Positions 19,495 to 29,366 of a stretch of 64,000 bases of DNA are shown here, piece after piece. The stretch is from an uncultured Gammaproteobacteria bacterium. GTDB taxonomy: Bacteria > Pseudomonadota > Gammaproteobacteria > SZUA-229. The stretch lies in assembly GCA_913065105.1 (NCBI GenBank), contig CAJXZZ010000002.1:16469-80468 (forward strand), in the 5' to 3' direction. The notes beneath the pieces were generated by a model that saw only the letters and a list, made by a program, of their open reading frames with translations, had not been told where the DNA came from and searched no databases. Each line of letters begins with the position of its first letter. The first letter of the stretch is position 1. The translations under genes were made by a program, and so were the position numbers.

Positions 19495-20727
19495 ATGACT
19501 CAAAAACACTGGCAACGCGCCATCGCACTGCTCGACATGAATGCTTTTTTTGCCTCGGTCGAACAGCGTGACTTTCCCTCACTGCTCGGGCAACCCGTCG
19601 CCATCACCAATGGTATGCGTGGCAGCTGTATTATCACCTGCTCTTATGAAGCACGTGCATTTGGTATCCATACCGGTATGCGGGTAAGAGAAGCCCTGCA
19701 GCTTTGCCCTCATCTACTACAGCGCCCAGCGCGTCCCACAGTGTACGCAAAAGTCTCGCGCAACATCATGCATTCGCTACTTACCGTCTGCCCCGATATC
19801 GAAGTTTTTTCTGTCGATGAAGCCTTTATCGATATCACCTCATGCCAGAGGTTATACGGCTCACCCGAACAGGCTGCTCGTGAACTCAAACGGGCGGTTT
19901 ACCGCGCCTCCGGCTTACTCTGTTCATTAGGTTTAAGCGGCGACAAAACCACCGCTAAATACGCTGCCAAACTCAAAAAACCGGATGGTTTTACGGTGAT
20001 TCCACCCTGGCAGGCAAAATCTGCATTACAACATGTGCCCGTCACCGAACTCTGCGGCATCGCCAGAGGCATCGGTGGTTTTCTTAGCTTACACGGCGTA
20101 ATTTATTGTGGTGATATGGAAAAACTGCCCATCAGCGTATTATCTCGGCGTTTTGGCAACCCTGGCAGGCGCATCTGGTATATGTGCCAGGGTGCTGACC
20201 CCGATCCATTACATCCCGACATAGCAGCACCAAAATCCATCGGCCACGGTAAAGTTTTACCCCCCAACACCCGTGACCGCGACATCGTATTCACTTATTT
20301 ACAACACATGTGCAGCAAAGTAGGTAGTCGCATGCGCCGTCATGGCATGACAGCAAAAACATACTGGATCGGTTTACGCACTAAGCAGGGCTGGTTGGGT
20401 AGCAAAAGTCGCCTCAGTGAATTTAGCAACGATCAGCAACAGATTTACCAGCTGGGGCGTTACATTCTCGATTTAAGCTGGCAAGGCGAAGGCGTATACC
20501 AAATTCAGGTTACAGCCCTTGATCCGCAACCAGCGGGCATGCAAATGGATCTGTTTAGCACGCAGGCAGAAAATAAAACGCGCAGCCAACTAAATAACAC
20601 CATGGACAATATTAATGAACGTTATGGCGAATTGACCCTGTCCCCGGCGCGCTTACTTAATCGTTCCGATATGCCCAATGTCATTGCCCCTGCCTGGAAA
20701 CCCGATGGCATAAGACAAACTATATAA
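19495..20727 (+). CDS. Y-family (translesion) DNA polymerase, DinB/UmuC-like, directly downstream of lexA
   Basis: Catalytic motifs LLDMNAFFASVEQ and FSVDEAFIDIT retain the Asp and Glu residues. No umuD-like partner gene is present. Confidence 0.8.
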   Translation: MTQKHWQRAIALLDMNAFFASVEQRDFPSLLGQPVAITNGMRGSCIITCSYEARAFGIHTGMRVREALQLCPHLLQRPARPTVYAKVSRNIMHSLLTVCPDIEVFSVDEAFIDITSCQRLYGSPEQAARELKRAVYRASGLLCSLGLSGDKTTAKYAAKLKKPDGFTVIPPWQAKSALQHVPVTELCGIARGIGGFLSLHGVIYCGDMEKLPISVLSRRFGNPGRRIWYMCQGADPDPLHPDIAAPKSIGHGKVLPPNTRDRDIVFTYLQHMCSKVGSRMRRHGMTAKTYWIGLRTKQGWLGSKSRLSEFSNDQQQIYQLGRYILDLSWQGEGVYQIQVTALDPQPAGMQMDLFSTQAENKTRSQLNNTMDNINERYGELTLSPARLLNRSDMPNVIAPAWKPDGIRQTI

Positions 20728-20753
20728 GGCAGTTAGAAACCCATAGAATAAAT

Positions 20754-20787
20754 ATAACGTATTGCGTTATATAACGTTTATCGTTAT
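20754..20787. promoter_or_regulatory. two abutting palindromic operators ATAACG-N5-CGTTAT upstream of the HigA-like gene
   Basis: ATAACGtattgCGTTAT at 20754-20770 and ATAACGtttatCGTTAT at 20771-20787. TATAGT and TATAAT -10-like hexamers overlap or follow the second operator. Confidence 0.55.
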
Positions 20788-20796
20788 AGTATAATC

Positions 20797-21150
20797 ATGT
20801 CATGTCAGCACCCTGGAAAAATATTGTTACAGCAATATCTGGAACCGCAGAAAATTAGCCAGAACAAGCTTGCGCGTGCAATAAAAGTGCCGCCCAGACG
20901 CATCAATGAGATAATTCATGAGAAACGAGGCATCACGGCCGATACCTCGGTGCGACTAGCAATATACTTCGGCGGCAGCGCCAGCTACTGGATGCACCTG
21001 CAGGCACAGTTCGAAATAGAAAAAATAAAACAGAACATTAGTATCCAGCTAAGCACCATACAGGCATCGCTACAGGCACCTGCCACGCCAGAAAATGATA
21101 ATGACAAAATAAAGACCACGAATAAAATCAAACGACGCATAATGCGCTGA
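20797..21150 (+). CDS. HigA-family XRE-type HTH antitoxin-like regulator; no HigB toxin is adjacent
   Basis: HPGKILLQQYLEPQKISQNKLARAIKVPPRRINEIIHEKRGITADTSVRLAIYFGGSASYWMHLQAQFEIE matches the HigA/VapI family. Confidence 0.7.
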   Translation: MSCQHPGKILLQQYLEPQKISQNKLARAIKVPPRRINEIIHEKRGITADTSVRLAIYFGGSASYWMHLQAQFEIEKIKQNISIQLSTIQASLQAPATPENDNDKIKTTNKIKRRIMR

Positions 21151-21196
21151 AATCGTTGCCGATGATTTTTGGCCACTCCATCCATGGAGGGAAGAA

Positions 21197-21775
21197 ATGA
21201 CAGATAAAGTGAAAACAGAAACGGTGAACAGGCTAGCAATCACTGATAACCCCTGGAAACCGCAATCCAGTACAAAGATATTTGAGAATCCCTGGTTAAC
21301 ACTGCATGAAGACAAGGTTATCAATCCCGGTGGAGGCCTTTCACATTATGGAAAAATAAACTTTAAAAATTTGGCTATCGGCATTATTCCTCTAGATGAA
21401 AACAACAATACCTGGCTAGTTGGCCAATATCGATATGTGCCCGACTGTTACTCATGGGAAATACCCATGGGCGGTGGACCATTAAACATCGCCCCTCTAG
21501 AGTCAGCCAAACGAGAACTCAAAGAAGAGACCGGATTAATCGCCAGTGACTGGCAGGAGCTAATGAAGTTACACACTTCAAATTCCGTTACCGATGAACG
21601 CGGACTTGTTTATATCGCGCGCGATCTCAGACAAGGTGAAACCGAATTCGAGGAAACCGAAGACTTATTGATACAAAAGTTGCCGCTGGAAGAGGCCATC
21701 GAACGCGTATTGAACGGTGAAATAACTGATGCTCTCAGCGTCTGCGGATTACTAAAACTGAAATGTTTAATTTAA
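21197..21775 (+). CDS. Nudix hydrolase
   Basis: Nudix box GGGPLNIAPLESAKRELKEETGL (GX5EX7REUXEEXGU). Confidence 0.8.
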   Translation: MTDKVKTETVNRLAITDNPWKPQSSTKIFENPWLTLHEDKVINPGGGLSHYGKINFKNLAIGIIPLDENNNTWLVGQYRYVPDCYSWEIPMGGGPLNIAPLESAKRELKEETGLIASDWQELMKLHTSNSVTDERGLVYIARDLRQGETEFEETEDLLIQKLPLEEAIERVLNGEITDALSVCGLLKLKCLI

Positions 21776-22155
21776 TTACTGACAGAAAATTTTTCATCCA
21801 GATACTGATTAATGGCTGTTGATTCATACATCCACTCCACACTGCCATCGTCAGCCGTTATCTTTAAACATGGCACCTGATACTTACCACCCTCTTCGAT
21901 CAGCTCCTGATTCCATTGCGGGTCATTACGCGCATCACGCTTTTCTATTTTCAGCGCTAAGCGACGCATTGTACGCCGCGTTTTAACGCAAAAAGGACAC
22001 TGCTGAAATTGATACAACACCATATCTTTCGTTTGTTTATCTATTTCTTTCTGCGCTTCGGCAGAACGCTCTACTGGTTTTGACCGCGTCAGCCAGTCGA
22101 TAAATATAATTATCTGACCTAACACCCAGCGTACTGGTTTAAATATGAAACCCAT
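21772..22155 (-). CDS. glutaredoxin-family protein (CPFC active site)
   Basis: CPFC redox motif and a downstream VP cis-proline, thioredoxin fold. It converges on the nudix gene with a 4 bp overlap. Confidence 0.6.
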   Translation of the reverse strand: MGFIFKPVRWVLGQIIIFIDWLTRSKPVERSAEAQKEIDKQTKDMVLYQFQQCPFCVKTRRTMRRLALKIEKRDARNDPQWNQELIEEGGKYQVPCLKITADDGSVEWMYESTAINQYLDEKFSVSN

Positions 22156-22193
22156 AGTTTTTCTCTTTTACTGTATCAATACTTACTATTTAA

Positions 22194-23174
22194 CTAATTG
22201 GTAAACTCGCCATGCGCCTGCAGATCTGCATGATAAGATGAACGCACCATCGGACCACTGGCAACATGCTTAAAACCTAACGCCATGCCAATGTCATATA
22301 ACTCATCAAACTCTTCTGGAGTAACATAACGCTCGACAGCCAGATGATGTTTGCTCGGCTGCAGGTATTGGCCAAGCGTTAACATTTCAACATCATGTCC
22401 ACGCATGTCTTTCATCACTGCAACCACTTCATCTATCTCTTCACCCAGTCCTAGCATTAATCCTGACTTGGTCTTCACCTCTGGATGCGCTTGTTTGAAT
22501 CGTTTCAATAAATCCAGTGACCATTGATAATCAGAACCTGGTCGACACTGTTTATAAAGTCGCGGCACGGTTTCGAGATTATGGTTGAACACATCAGGCG
22601 GTGAATTATGCATTATTTCCAATGCTACATCCATGCGGCCTCGAAAATCAGGCACTAAAATTTCTACTTCTGTTTCAGGATTCAACAGCCGTGTTTTTTC
22701 TATGCACTCAACAAAATGTGAGGCACCGCCATCACGCAGATCATCACGATCTACCGAAGTAATAACAACATATGACAAGCCCATGGCTTTGATGGTTTCG
22801 GCCAGATGTTTTGGTTCATTTTCATCTAATGGATTAGGGCGTCCATGACCGACATCACAAAATGGACAACGCCGTGTGCATATCTCACCCATTATCATAA
22901 ATGTCGCAGTGCCCTTACCGAAACATTCACCAAGATTGGGGCAGGCAGCTTCTTCACAAACGGTAAATAACTTTTGCTCACGTAGTACTTGTTTGAGTTT
23001 TTTTACATTGGGATGAAACGGTGATTTAGCACGAATCCAGCTCGGTTTGCGTAAACGCTCAACCGGCTGTATTACCTTTATCGGTATGCGCGCAACTTTT
23101 TCAGCACCCTTTAACTTTTCGCCGGTTACCACTTTATATGTTTTTTTATCGCCAGCAGCTGGATTTTTATTCAT
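22194..23174 (-). CDS. lipA: lipoyl synthase
   Basis: Radical-SAM CxxxCxxC (CTRRCPFC) plus an N-terminal auxiliary cluster, [12 protein letters not shown]. Confidence 0.95.
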   Translation of the reverse strand: MNKNPAAGDKKTYKVVTGEKLKGAEKVARIPIKVIQPVERLRKPSWIRAKSPFHPNVKKLKQVLREQKLFTVCEEAACPNLGECFGKGTATFMIMGEICTRRCPFCDVGHGRPNPLDENEPKHLAETIKAMGLSYVVITSVDRDDLRDGGASHFVECIEKTRLLNPETEVEILVPDFRGRMDVALEIMHNSPPDVFNHNLETVPRLYKQCRPGSDYQWSLDLLKRFKQAHPEVKTKSGLMLGLGEEIDEVVAVMKDMRGHDVEMLTLGQYLQPSKHHLAVERYVTPEEFDELYDIGMALGFKHVASGPMVRSSYHADLQAHGEFTN

Positions 23175-23778
23175 AACTAAATTTATTGATTAGACGTCGT
23201 TGCAAGTCATCAGTGACAGATTCAATAGTAATATCACTAACAAGATCTTTTACCTGGGTAACGACCAAACCCTCATAACCACAAGGATTAATTCGAGTGA
23301 ATGGCTCAAGATTCATATCCACATTTAACGCCAGACCATGAAAACTTCGGCCTTTGCGAACACGTAAACCCAGGGCGGCTATTTTAGCATCATTTACATA
23401 GACACCCGGCGCTTCTCGTCGCGCGGTTGCAGTAACGCCATAACCACCCAACAGCTCAACGATGGTTTGTTCCAACATGGTAACCAGGTCTCTAACACCG
23501 ATTTTCATCCGTGTAAGATCCAACAAGGTATAGACCACAATTTGACCCGGGCCATGGTAGGTAACCTGACCACCTCGATCAACGTTAATAACCGGGGTTT
23601 CTGCTGCATTTAATACGTGTTCAGGCTTACCGTTCTTACCGAGCGTATAAACTGAAGGATGCTGCAAAAACCAGAGCTCATCGGGCGTATCTTTTTGACG
23701 AGTATCGGTGAAGTCCTGCATTTTCTGCCAGACATCATGATAATCCACTTCACCTAGATGACGAACCAGGATTGACAT
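23167..23778 (-). CDS. lipB: octanoyltransferase LipB
   Basis: LipB family similarity. 8 bp overlap with lipA. Confidence 0.9.
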   Translation of the reverse strand: MSILVRHLGEVDYHDVWQKMQDFTDTRQKDTPDELWFLQHPSVYTLGKNGKPEHVLNAAETPVINVDRGGQVTYHGPGQIVVYTLLDLTRMKIGVRDLVTMLEQTIVELLGGYGVTATARREAPGVYVNDAKIAALGLRVRKGRSFHGLALNVDMNLEPFTRINPCGYEGLVVTQVKDLVSDITIESVTDDLQRRLINKFSYE

Positions 23779-23795
23779 ATCAGCAGGCGATTAAT

Positions 23796-24116
23796 CTACA
23801 ACGCGATTGACACGTGTTCGCAAGCGGTCAGATCGATATAAATATTATCCAGTTGCTGTTTGCTATGCGCGACGATAGTAATGGTAATAGCCGTGTATTT
23901 TCCATTTTTACTGGGCCTCATAGCAACCGCACCCTCACCCAGATTATCAACGTGACGATTGATGATTTCGATAACCGCTATTTCAAGCTCGACACATGAC
24001 AGACCCATGGCTTTAACAGGAAAGTCACAGGGGAACTCCAGCAGGGTTTGACCCTCTTCCAGAGTCAGGTCATGAAACTTTATATCTTTATCATCACTCA
24101 TAACACTTTCACACAT
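23796..24116 (-). CDS. ybeD: YbeD/UPF0250 family protein
   Basis: DUF493-like, about 100 aa. Conserved position between dacA and lipB. Confidence 0.75.
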   Translation of the reverse strand: MCESVMSDDKDIKFHDLTLEEGQTLLEFPCDFPVKAMGLSCVELEIAVIEIINRHVDNLGEGAVAMRPSKNGKYTAITITIVAHSKQQLDNIYIDLTACEHVSIAL

Positions 24117-24141
24117 AGTTATTTTACTGTTGTCTCAGCAC

Positions 24142-24990
24142 CTATTTATACTGCTGATATAAACCCATTACCCGTTTCCACATCTCACCGGCAACCCCGG
24201 TGGCAACTATTTCGTCGTTTAAACTAATTACAGGCGCAATCTCACGCGTGGAACTGGTCATCCAGATTTCATCGGCACTAAACAGTTCAGCCTCTCTAAT
24301 CTCTCTTTCTTCGACTAATATGGCGTTGTTTTTTGCAATTTCAATCACCAGATCACGAGTAATACCCGGCAATAGCTTGTGCCCTGTCGGTGGCGTAATT
24401 AACACGTTGTTTTTAACCAGAAAAACATTGCTTGCTGTACCTTCACTCAGCATACCGTTTTTAACTAAAATGGCATCGTCTACATTGGCCTCGGTAGCCT
24501 GCTGGCGCAACATAACATTGGCAACCAGAGAAGTAGACTTGATATCACAGGCGCCCCACCTAAAATCATCCACGGTGATCACAGAAATACCCGCAGACAC
24601 CACTTCTAAATCAGGTGGTTCAACCTGTAACACCATGGCAAATACGGTAGGCGGGTACCCAGCTTTAATACTTAGATCGCGTTTAGCATAAACCCCTCGT
24701 GAAATCTGTAAGTAAATCGCACGATCCTCGCCGGTATTTTTCTCCAGCAAGTTTGAAAAAATACCCAACCACTCGTCATGGCTATACGGGTTAGGCAAGC
24801 TTATACGGTTTAAACTATTCTGTAGTCGAGTCAGATGTTCTTCAAGACGTAACAGTTTATTGCCAAATACCGGCACTACCTCATAAACACCATCACCAAA
24901 AAGAAAACCACGATCCATAACTGAGACAGTGGCTTCCTCTACAGGCAGGTATTGCCCGTTTAAATAAACGACATTCGCTGCATTACTCAA
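24142..24990 (-). CDS. dat: D-amino-acid (D-alanine) aminotransferase, class IV PLP enzyme
   Basis: DRGFLFGDGVYEVVPVF and FRWGACDIKSTSLVANVMLRQQA align with Bacillus Dat. Confidence 0.8.
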   Translation of the reverse strand: MSNAANVVYLNGQYLPVEEATVSVMDRGFLFGDGVYEVVPVFGNKLLRLEEHLTRLQNSLNRISLPNPYSHDEWLGIFSNLLEKNTGEDRAIYLQISRGVYAKRDLSIKAGYPPTVFAMVLQVEPPDLEVVSAGISVITVDDFRWGACDIKSTSLVANVMLRQQATEANVDDAILVKNGMLSEGTASNVFLVKNNVLITPPTGHKLLPGITRDLVIEIAKNNAILVEEREIREAELFSADEIWMTSSTREIAPVISLNDEIVATGVAGEMWKRVMGLYQQYK

Positions 24991-25010
24991 GTGACGTACT
25001 CATAGTAAAT

Positions 25011-26183
25011 TTAATTAAATAACTGCAAAACATAATCTTTAGCTATCTGAAACATACTACCTTCTTCCACTGTCTCCAGCGCGACCACCGGCACAGATGC
25101 AAGCACATCACCATTCAATGATACCTTTACCTGACCAACAGGCTGACCTTTGGCTATAGGTGCTTGAATATTTTTATCAATATCCATGACCGCATCGAGG
25201 TTATCATATTCACCTCGTGGTATTGTTACGGCAAGGGCCTCAGGTAAACCAACGGTTATCGTTTCATATTCACCCTTCCATATTCGCGGACGACTCAACA
25301 CTTCACCTTCATCATAAAGGGTATGCGACTCGAAAAAACGGAACCCATAATTCAATATCGCCTGGCTGACACTCGCCCTTGCTTTCTCACTGTCCGCACC
25401 AAGAACAACCGAAACAACACGCATATCAGAACGCAATGCAGAAGATACCAGGCAGTAACCTGCAGAATCTGTATGCCCGGTTTTTAAACCATCGACCGTT
25501 TCATCACGCCACAGCAACTTATTACGGTTATATTGTTTAATGTCGTTATAGGTATATTCTTTTTCAGAGTACCAGGCATAGTGCTCAGGGAACTCACGAA
25601 TAACAGCTACTGCTAACTTTGCAATATCGCGCGCCGTTGTTAAATGTTTTTCATCGGGCCAGCCGGTACTGTTTTCGAAGTTCGTATTCTCCATCCCCAG
25701 CTGCATCGCATATTGATTCATTAACTGCACAAAAGCAGTTTCGGTACCTGCTACATGCTCAGCTAAAGCGACACTAGCATCATTACCTGACTGGATAATT
25801 AAACCTTTCATTAGTTCACGTACAGGTACGCTCGAACCCACTTCAAGATACATTCTTGAACCGCCCATGCGCCAGGATTTTTCACTTATATCAACCATGT
25901 CGTCCAGACTTAACCGTGCTGCTTCAATTTCCTTAAAGACAACATAAGCCGTCATCAACTTGGTAATACTTGCTGGCTCAATTTTCATATCTGCATCTTT
26001 TTCAGCGAGCACTTTACCGCTTGCAAAATCGATCAACAAATAATTTTTAGCAGCAACTTCTGGCGGTGCAGGCACAGGCATCGCTGCCAATGAAACACTG
26101 AAGCTCATTAATGCAATAACAAAAAGCATTACATTAAGGGTGTTTTTTATCGAATACAATTTTTGATACATTTTTAAACTCAC
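25011..26183 (-). CDS. dacA: D-alanyl-D-alanine carboxypeptidase (PBP5/6 family)
   Basis: SITK (SxxK), SGN and KTG motifs and a signal peptide. Confidence 0.9.
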   Translation of the reverse strand: MSLKMYQKLYSIKNTLNVMLFVIALMSFSVSLAAMPVPAPPEVAAKNYLLIDFASGKVLAEKDADMKIEPASITKLMTAYVVFKEIEAARLSLDDMVDISEKSWRMGGSRMYLEVGSSVPVRELMKGLIIQSGNDASVALAEHVAGTETAFVQLMNQYAMQLGMENTNFENSTGWPDEKHLTTARDIAKLAVAVIREFPEHYAWYSEKEYTYNDIKQYNRNKLLWRDETVDGLKTGHTDSAGYCLVSSALRSDMRVVSVVLGADSEKARASVSQAILNYGFRFFESHTLYDEGEVLSRPRIWKGEYETITVGLPEALAVTIPRGEYDNLDAVMDIDKNIQAPIAKGQPVGQVKVSLNGDVLASVPVVALETVEEGSMFQIAKDYVLQLFN

Positions 26184-26264
26184 TTATTTACGACTTAATT
26201 TCAATTTATAATTTTAACTTCAACTTTTGTATCATTTACTCGACGGTACACAACCATCACTAGT

Positions 26265-27119
26265 TCATATTTTAATTATTTTTAAATTATTATGATTTTT
26301 TTGTTTGAGCTGAGTCAGCACTTTTTTTGCCACATCATCAGAGGGTAACGGACCAATTCTAACCCGGTATACTGCTTTTCCTTTTTTACTTTCTATATGC
26401 AACCTGACATCATTAAAACCCTCGCTCTGCAGCTTCCCCAGATGCAGCAAGGCGTTTCCCTCAGTAGAAAATGCGGCCACCTGAACGTACAGTTTATCAC
26501 CTTCAGAAACAGGGGATTCGACAAATGCCCCACTACGTCGCAAGGTTTTATCAGCAGCAGACGTCACCACACGAATAGTTACATTAGCCGTCCCCGATTG
26601 CGCAACACCAAGTTTTGTTGCAGCAGCGTAGGATAGATCAATAATTCGCCCTTCATGAAAAGGGCCGCGGTCATTAACTTTTACAATAGCTTTTCGATCA
26701 TTATCTATATTTGTTACTTCCACAAAAGCAGGAATAGGTAACGTTTTATGCGCGGCTGTCATCGCATACATATTATATTCTTCACCACTTGAGGTGCGCT
26801 GCCCATGAAATTTATTTCCATACCATGAAGCAATTCCTTTTTGCTGGAAATCCTCAGCGGAAGCCATTACATAATACGTTTCCCCCAAAACCGTGTAACT
26901 ATCAGGATTACCGTACTTACTCGGTTTAACAGATACTGGAACAGCATCTGGAATCTCATGCCATTGTTTTGAATAATTGGCCGGCGCGCTATCCTTTACT
27001 GCACCGCATGAAGCTAAAATCAGAGAGCTGATCAAAAATAGAGGAACACAGAGACTTCGCCGCTTATTATTTAAAACAGAAAAAAAATCACCTCTAACAA
27101 CCAGTAAACATTGCACCAT
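26265..27119 (-). CDS. rlpA: septal ring lytic transglycosylase RlpA (DPBB + SPOR domains), lipoprotein
   Basis: Lipobox LILASCG. DPBB region ASWYGNKFHGQRTSSGE...NDRGPF and a C-terminal SPOR domain. Confidence 0.85.
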   Translation of the reverse strand: MVQCLLVVRGDFFSVLNNKRRSLCVPLFLISSLILASCGAVKDSAPANYSKQWHEIPDAVPVSVKPSKYGNPDSYTVLGETYYVMASAEDFQQKGIASWYGNKFHGQRTSSGEEYNMYAMTAAHKTLPIPAFVEVTNIDNDRKAIVKVNDRGPFHEGRIIDLSYAAATKLGVAQSGTANVTIRVVTSAADKTLRRSGAFVESPVSEGDKLYVQVAAFSTEGNALLHLGKLQSEGFNDVRLHIESKKGKAVYRVRIGPLPSDDVAKKVLTQLKQKNHNNLKIIKI

Positions 27120-27124
27120 AATAG

Positions 27125-28141
27125 TTAATTTTTAAGCTTCTCACTTAACTGGAAAACCGCCATTGCATACAAATCACTGTGGTTGTAACGAGTAATTACA
27201 TAAAAGTTTTTCAGGCCGAGCCAGTACTCATCACCCTTATCGCCTTCTAGCTTTAACAATGTTGCCTGCTGCTTGCCATCAAGTTTTTGCTCAGAAATAT
27301 TCTTTAAAGAAACCCCCTGTTGTTTAAACTGATCGACACTAGCATAAGGTTTTAAGGTGTTTTCCTTACGAACGATGGATGCGTTTTTAACAACTACAGG
27401 ATACGCAACGCTGCCACCTTTCTGCCAGCCATGTTCACTAAAATAATTAGCTACGCTGCCAATCACATCCGGAATACTATTCCATAAATCTCGTTTCCCA
27501 TCACCGTCAAAGTCCACGGCATATCGACGATAACTGCTAGAAATAAACTGCGGCATACCCATAGCGCCAGCATATGAACCCGTCATTTCATCCACATCGA
27601 TATGCTCTTCTTTTGATAGCAATAAAAATTGTTTTAATTCGCTTTTAAAAAACTTGCCACGTTTAGGATAATCAAAACCCAGCGTGGTCAACGAATCAAA
27701 CACAGTATATTTTCCGGTATGTTTGCCATAATATGACTCCACGCCAATAATAGCTGCGATAATTTCTGCGGGCACACCAAATTCTTTTTCTGCGCGATCT
27801 AATATCTCCCTGTACTGCCCAATAAATACTTTTCCTTTATTGCTACGTTTACTGGTAACAAAAATTGGCCGATACTGCTTCCAGGTCAGCTCTTTCTCAG
27901 CAGGTTTCGCTATCGACTCTAAAACATTGTCCAGTCTTTTCGCAGAAGAAAACTTTTTTTCCAGATAGGCACGGTCAAACCCATGCTGATTAACCATTTC
28001 ATCGATAAACTGCTTCACATCTGCACGCTGAGCGTAATTCACACTAGCATTTGCCTGTGTACTTATTAAAAAAACCGAGGCGATACATAACATTATTATT
28101 TTTAACACTTTCTGACTCATCCTTATTTCTATTAAATTCAT
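27125..28141 (-). CDS. mltB: lytic murein transglycosylase B
   Basis: MltB/Slt35 family similarity and a signal peptide. Confidence 0.85.
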   Translation of the reverse strand: MNLIEIRMSQKVLKIIMLCIASVFLISTQANASVNYAQRADVKQFIDEMVNQHGFDRAYLEKKFSSAKRLDNVLESIAKPAEKELTWKQYRPIFVTSKRSNKGKVFIGQYREILDRAEKEFGVPAEIIAAIIGVESYYGKHTGKYTVFDSLTTLGFDYPKRGKFFKSELKQFLLLSKEEHIDVDEMTGSYAGAMGMPQFISSSYRRYAVDFDGDGKRDLWNSIPDVIGSVANYFSEHGWQKGGSVAYPVVVKNASIVRKENTLKPYASVDQFKQQGVSLKNISEQKLDGKQQATLLKLEGDKGDEYWLGLKNFYVITRYNHSDLYAMAVFQLSEKLKN

Positions 28142-28189
28142 ACTAACTATTTTCCGTTATTATTATCGATACAAACCTTTATCATTATT

Positions 28190-29323
28190 TTATTTTGCCA
28201 CCAGTCGCCGATTGGTACTGATAGACATCAGCATGCCAAAACCCGCCATTAATGTCACCATCGATGTGCCACCATAACTAATCAGGGGCAATGGCACACC
28301 AACAACAGGCAAGATGCCTGAGACCATGCCAATATTTACGAATAAATAAACAAAAAACGTCATACTGAGGCTACCGGCTAATAATCGCCCAAAACTATCC
28401 TGCGCAGTTGCCGCGATATACAAACCACGGATAATGATGAACGCATATAGTGACAGCAAAACAATAGCGCCCATGATACCAAACTCTTCTGCAAATACCG
28501 CGTAGATAAAGTCCGTCGTTCGCTCTGGAAGAAAGTCCAGCTGCGACTGCGTGCCGTTCAACCAGCCTTTACCATAGATACCACCTGAACCGATGGCGAT
28601 CATTGATTGAATAATATGGTATCCCGAACCTAAAGGGTCGCTCTCAGGGTCAAACAATGTCAACACACGTTGTTTCTGATAGTCATGCATAAATTGCCAC
28701 AACACAGGGATCAGTGCCAGTATACTAATAATCGCGGCAAATAAAATTCGCCAGCGAATACCGCCAAAAAACACCACAAAAAAACCTGCCGCTGCCACCA
28801 GTACGGCTGTGCCCAGATCTGGTTGTTTTGCAATCAACATCGTCGGTAAAATCACCAGTACTAGTGAAATAATTAAGGCGCTAACTTTTGGAGGAAAAGG
28901 TTTTTCACACAAATACCAGGCTAACATCATCGGTGTAATCAGCTTCATCATTTCTGAAGGCTGAAAACGAATCACATAGAGATTCAACCATCGCTGAGCA
29001 CCCTTACCTACGTCACCAGCAACAAGAACTAAGATAAGTAGGATAATCCCCAGAGCAAAAAACCACGGCGCCCAGTGGTATATTTGATGTTGCGGAATTT
29101 GCGCGACAAAAAACATCACCGCAAAAGCAAGTGCCAGGCGTACCACTTGACGCTGTACCACCTCGATAGAACCATCAGACGCACTGTACAAAATGCCTAA
29201 GCCAGCCGCCGTCAACAGCAATAAACCGACTAGTAACACAGGGTCGATATGCATTGCCTGCAGAAATCGATAAGCCCTGCTGTGATAATCTGATTCAAAA
29301 AATTGTGTGCTACTGCTATACAT
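28190..29323 (-). CDS. mrdB: peptidoglycan glycosyltransferase RodA (SEDS family)
   Basis: 10-TM SEDS protein located downstream of mrdA. Confidence 0.9.
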   Translation of the reverse strand: MYSSSTQFFESDYHSRAYRFLQAMHIDPVLLVGLLLLTAAGLGILYSASDGSIEVVQRQVVRLALAFAVMFFVAQIPQHQIYHWAPWFFALGIILLILVLVAGDVGKGAQRWLNLYVIRFQPSEMMKLITPMMLAWYLCEKPFPPKVSALIISLVLVILPTMLIAKQPDLGTAVLVAAAGFFVVFFGGIRWRILFAAIISILALIPVLWQFMHDYQKQRVLTLFDPESDPLGSGYHIIQSMIAIGSGGIYGKGWLNGTQSQLDFLPERTTDFIYAVFAEEFGIMGAIVLLSLYAFIIIRGLYIAATAQDSFGRLLAGSLSMTFFVYLFVNIGMVSGILPVVGVPLPLISYGGTSMVTLMAGFGMLMSISTNRRLVAK

Positions 29324-29366
29324 TTTTTATTAACTAATCACTCTATTCAAACGGTTACTATTATTA

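Noticed and set aside
20728-21196. Search for a HigB/RelE toxin partner of the HigA-like gene
   Set aside because: Only 70 bp upstream and 47 bp downstream are available. No ORF of 80 aa or more fits on either strand without overlapping polY or the nudix gene.
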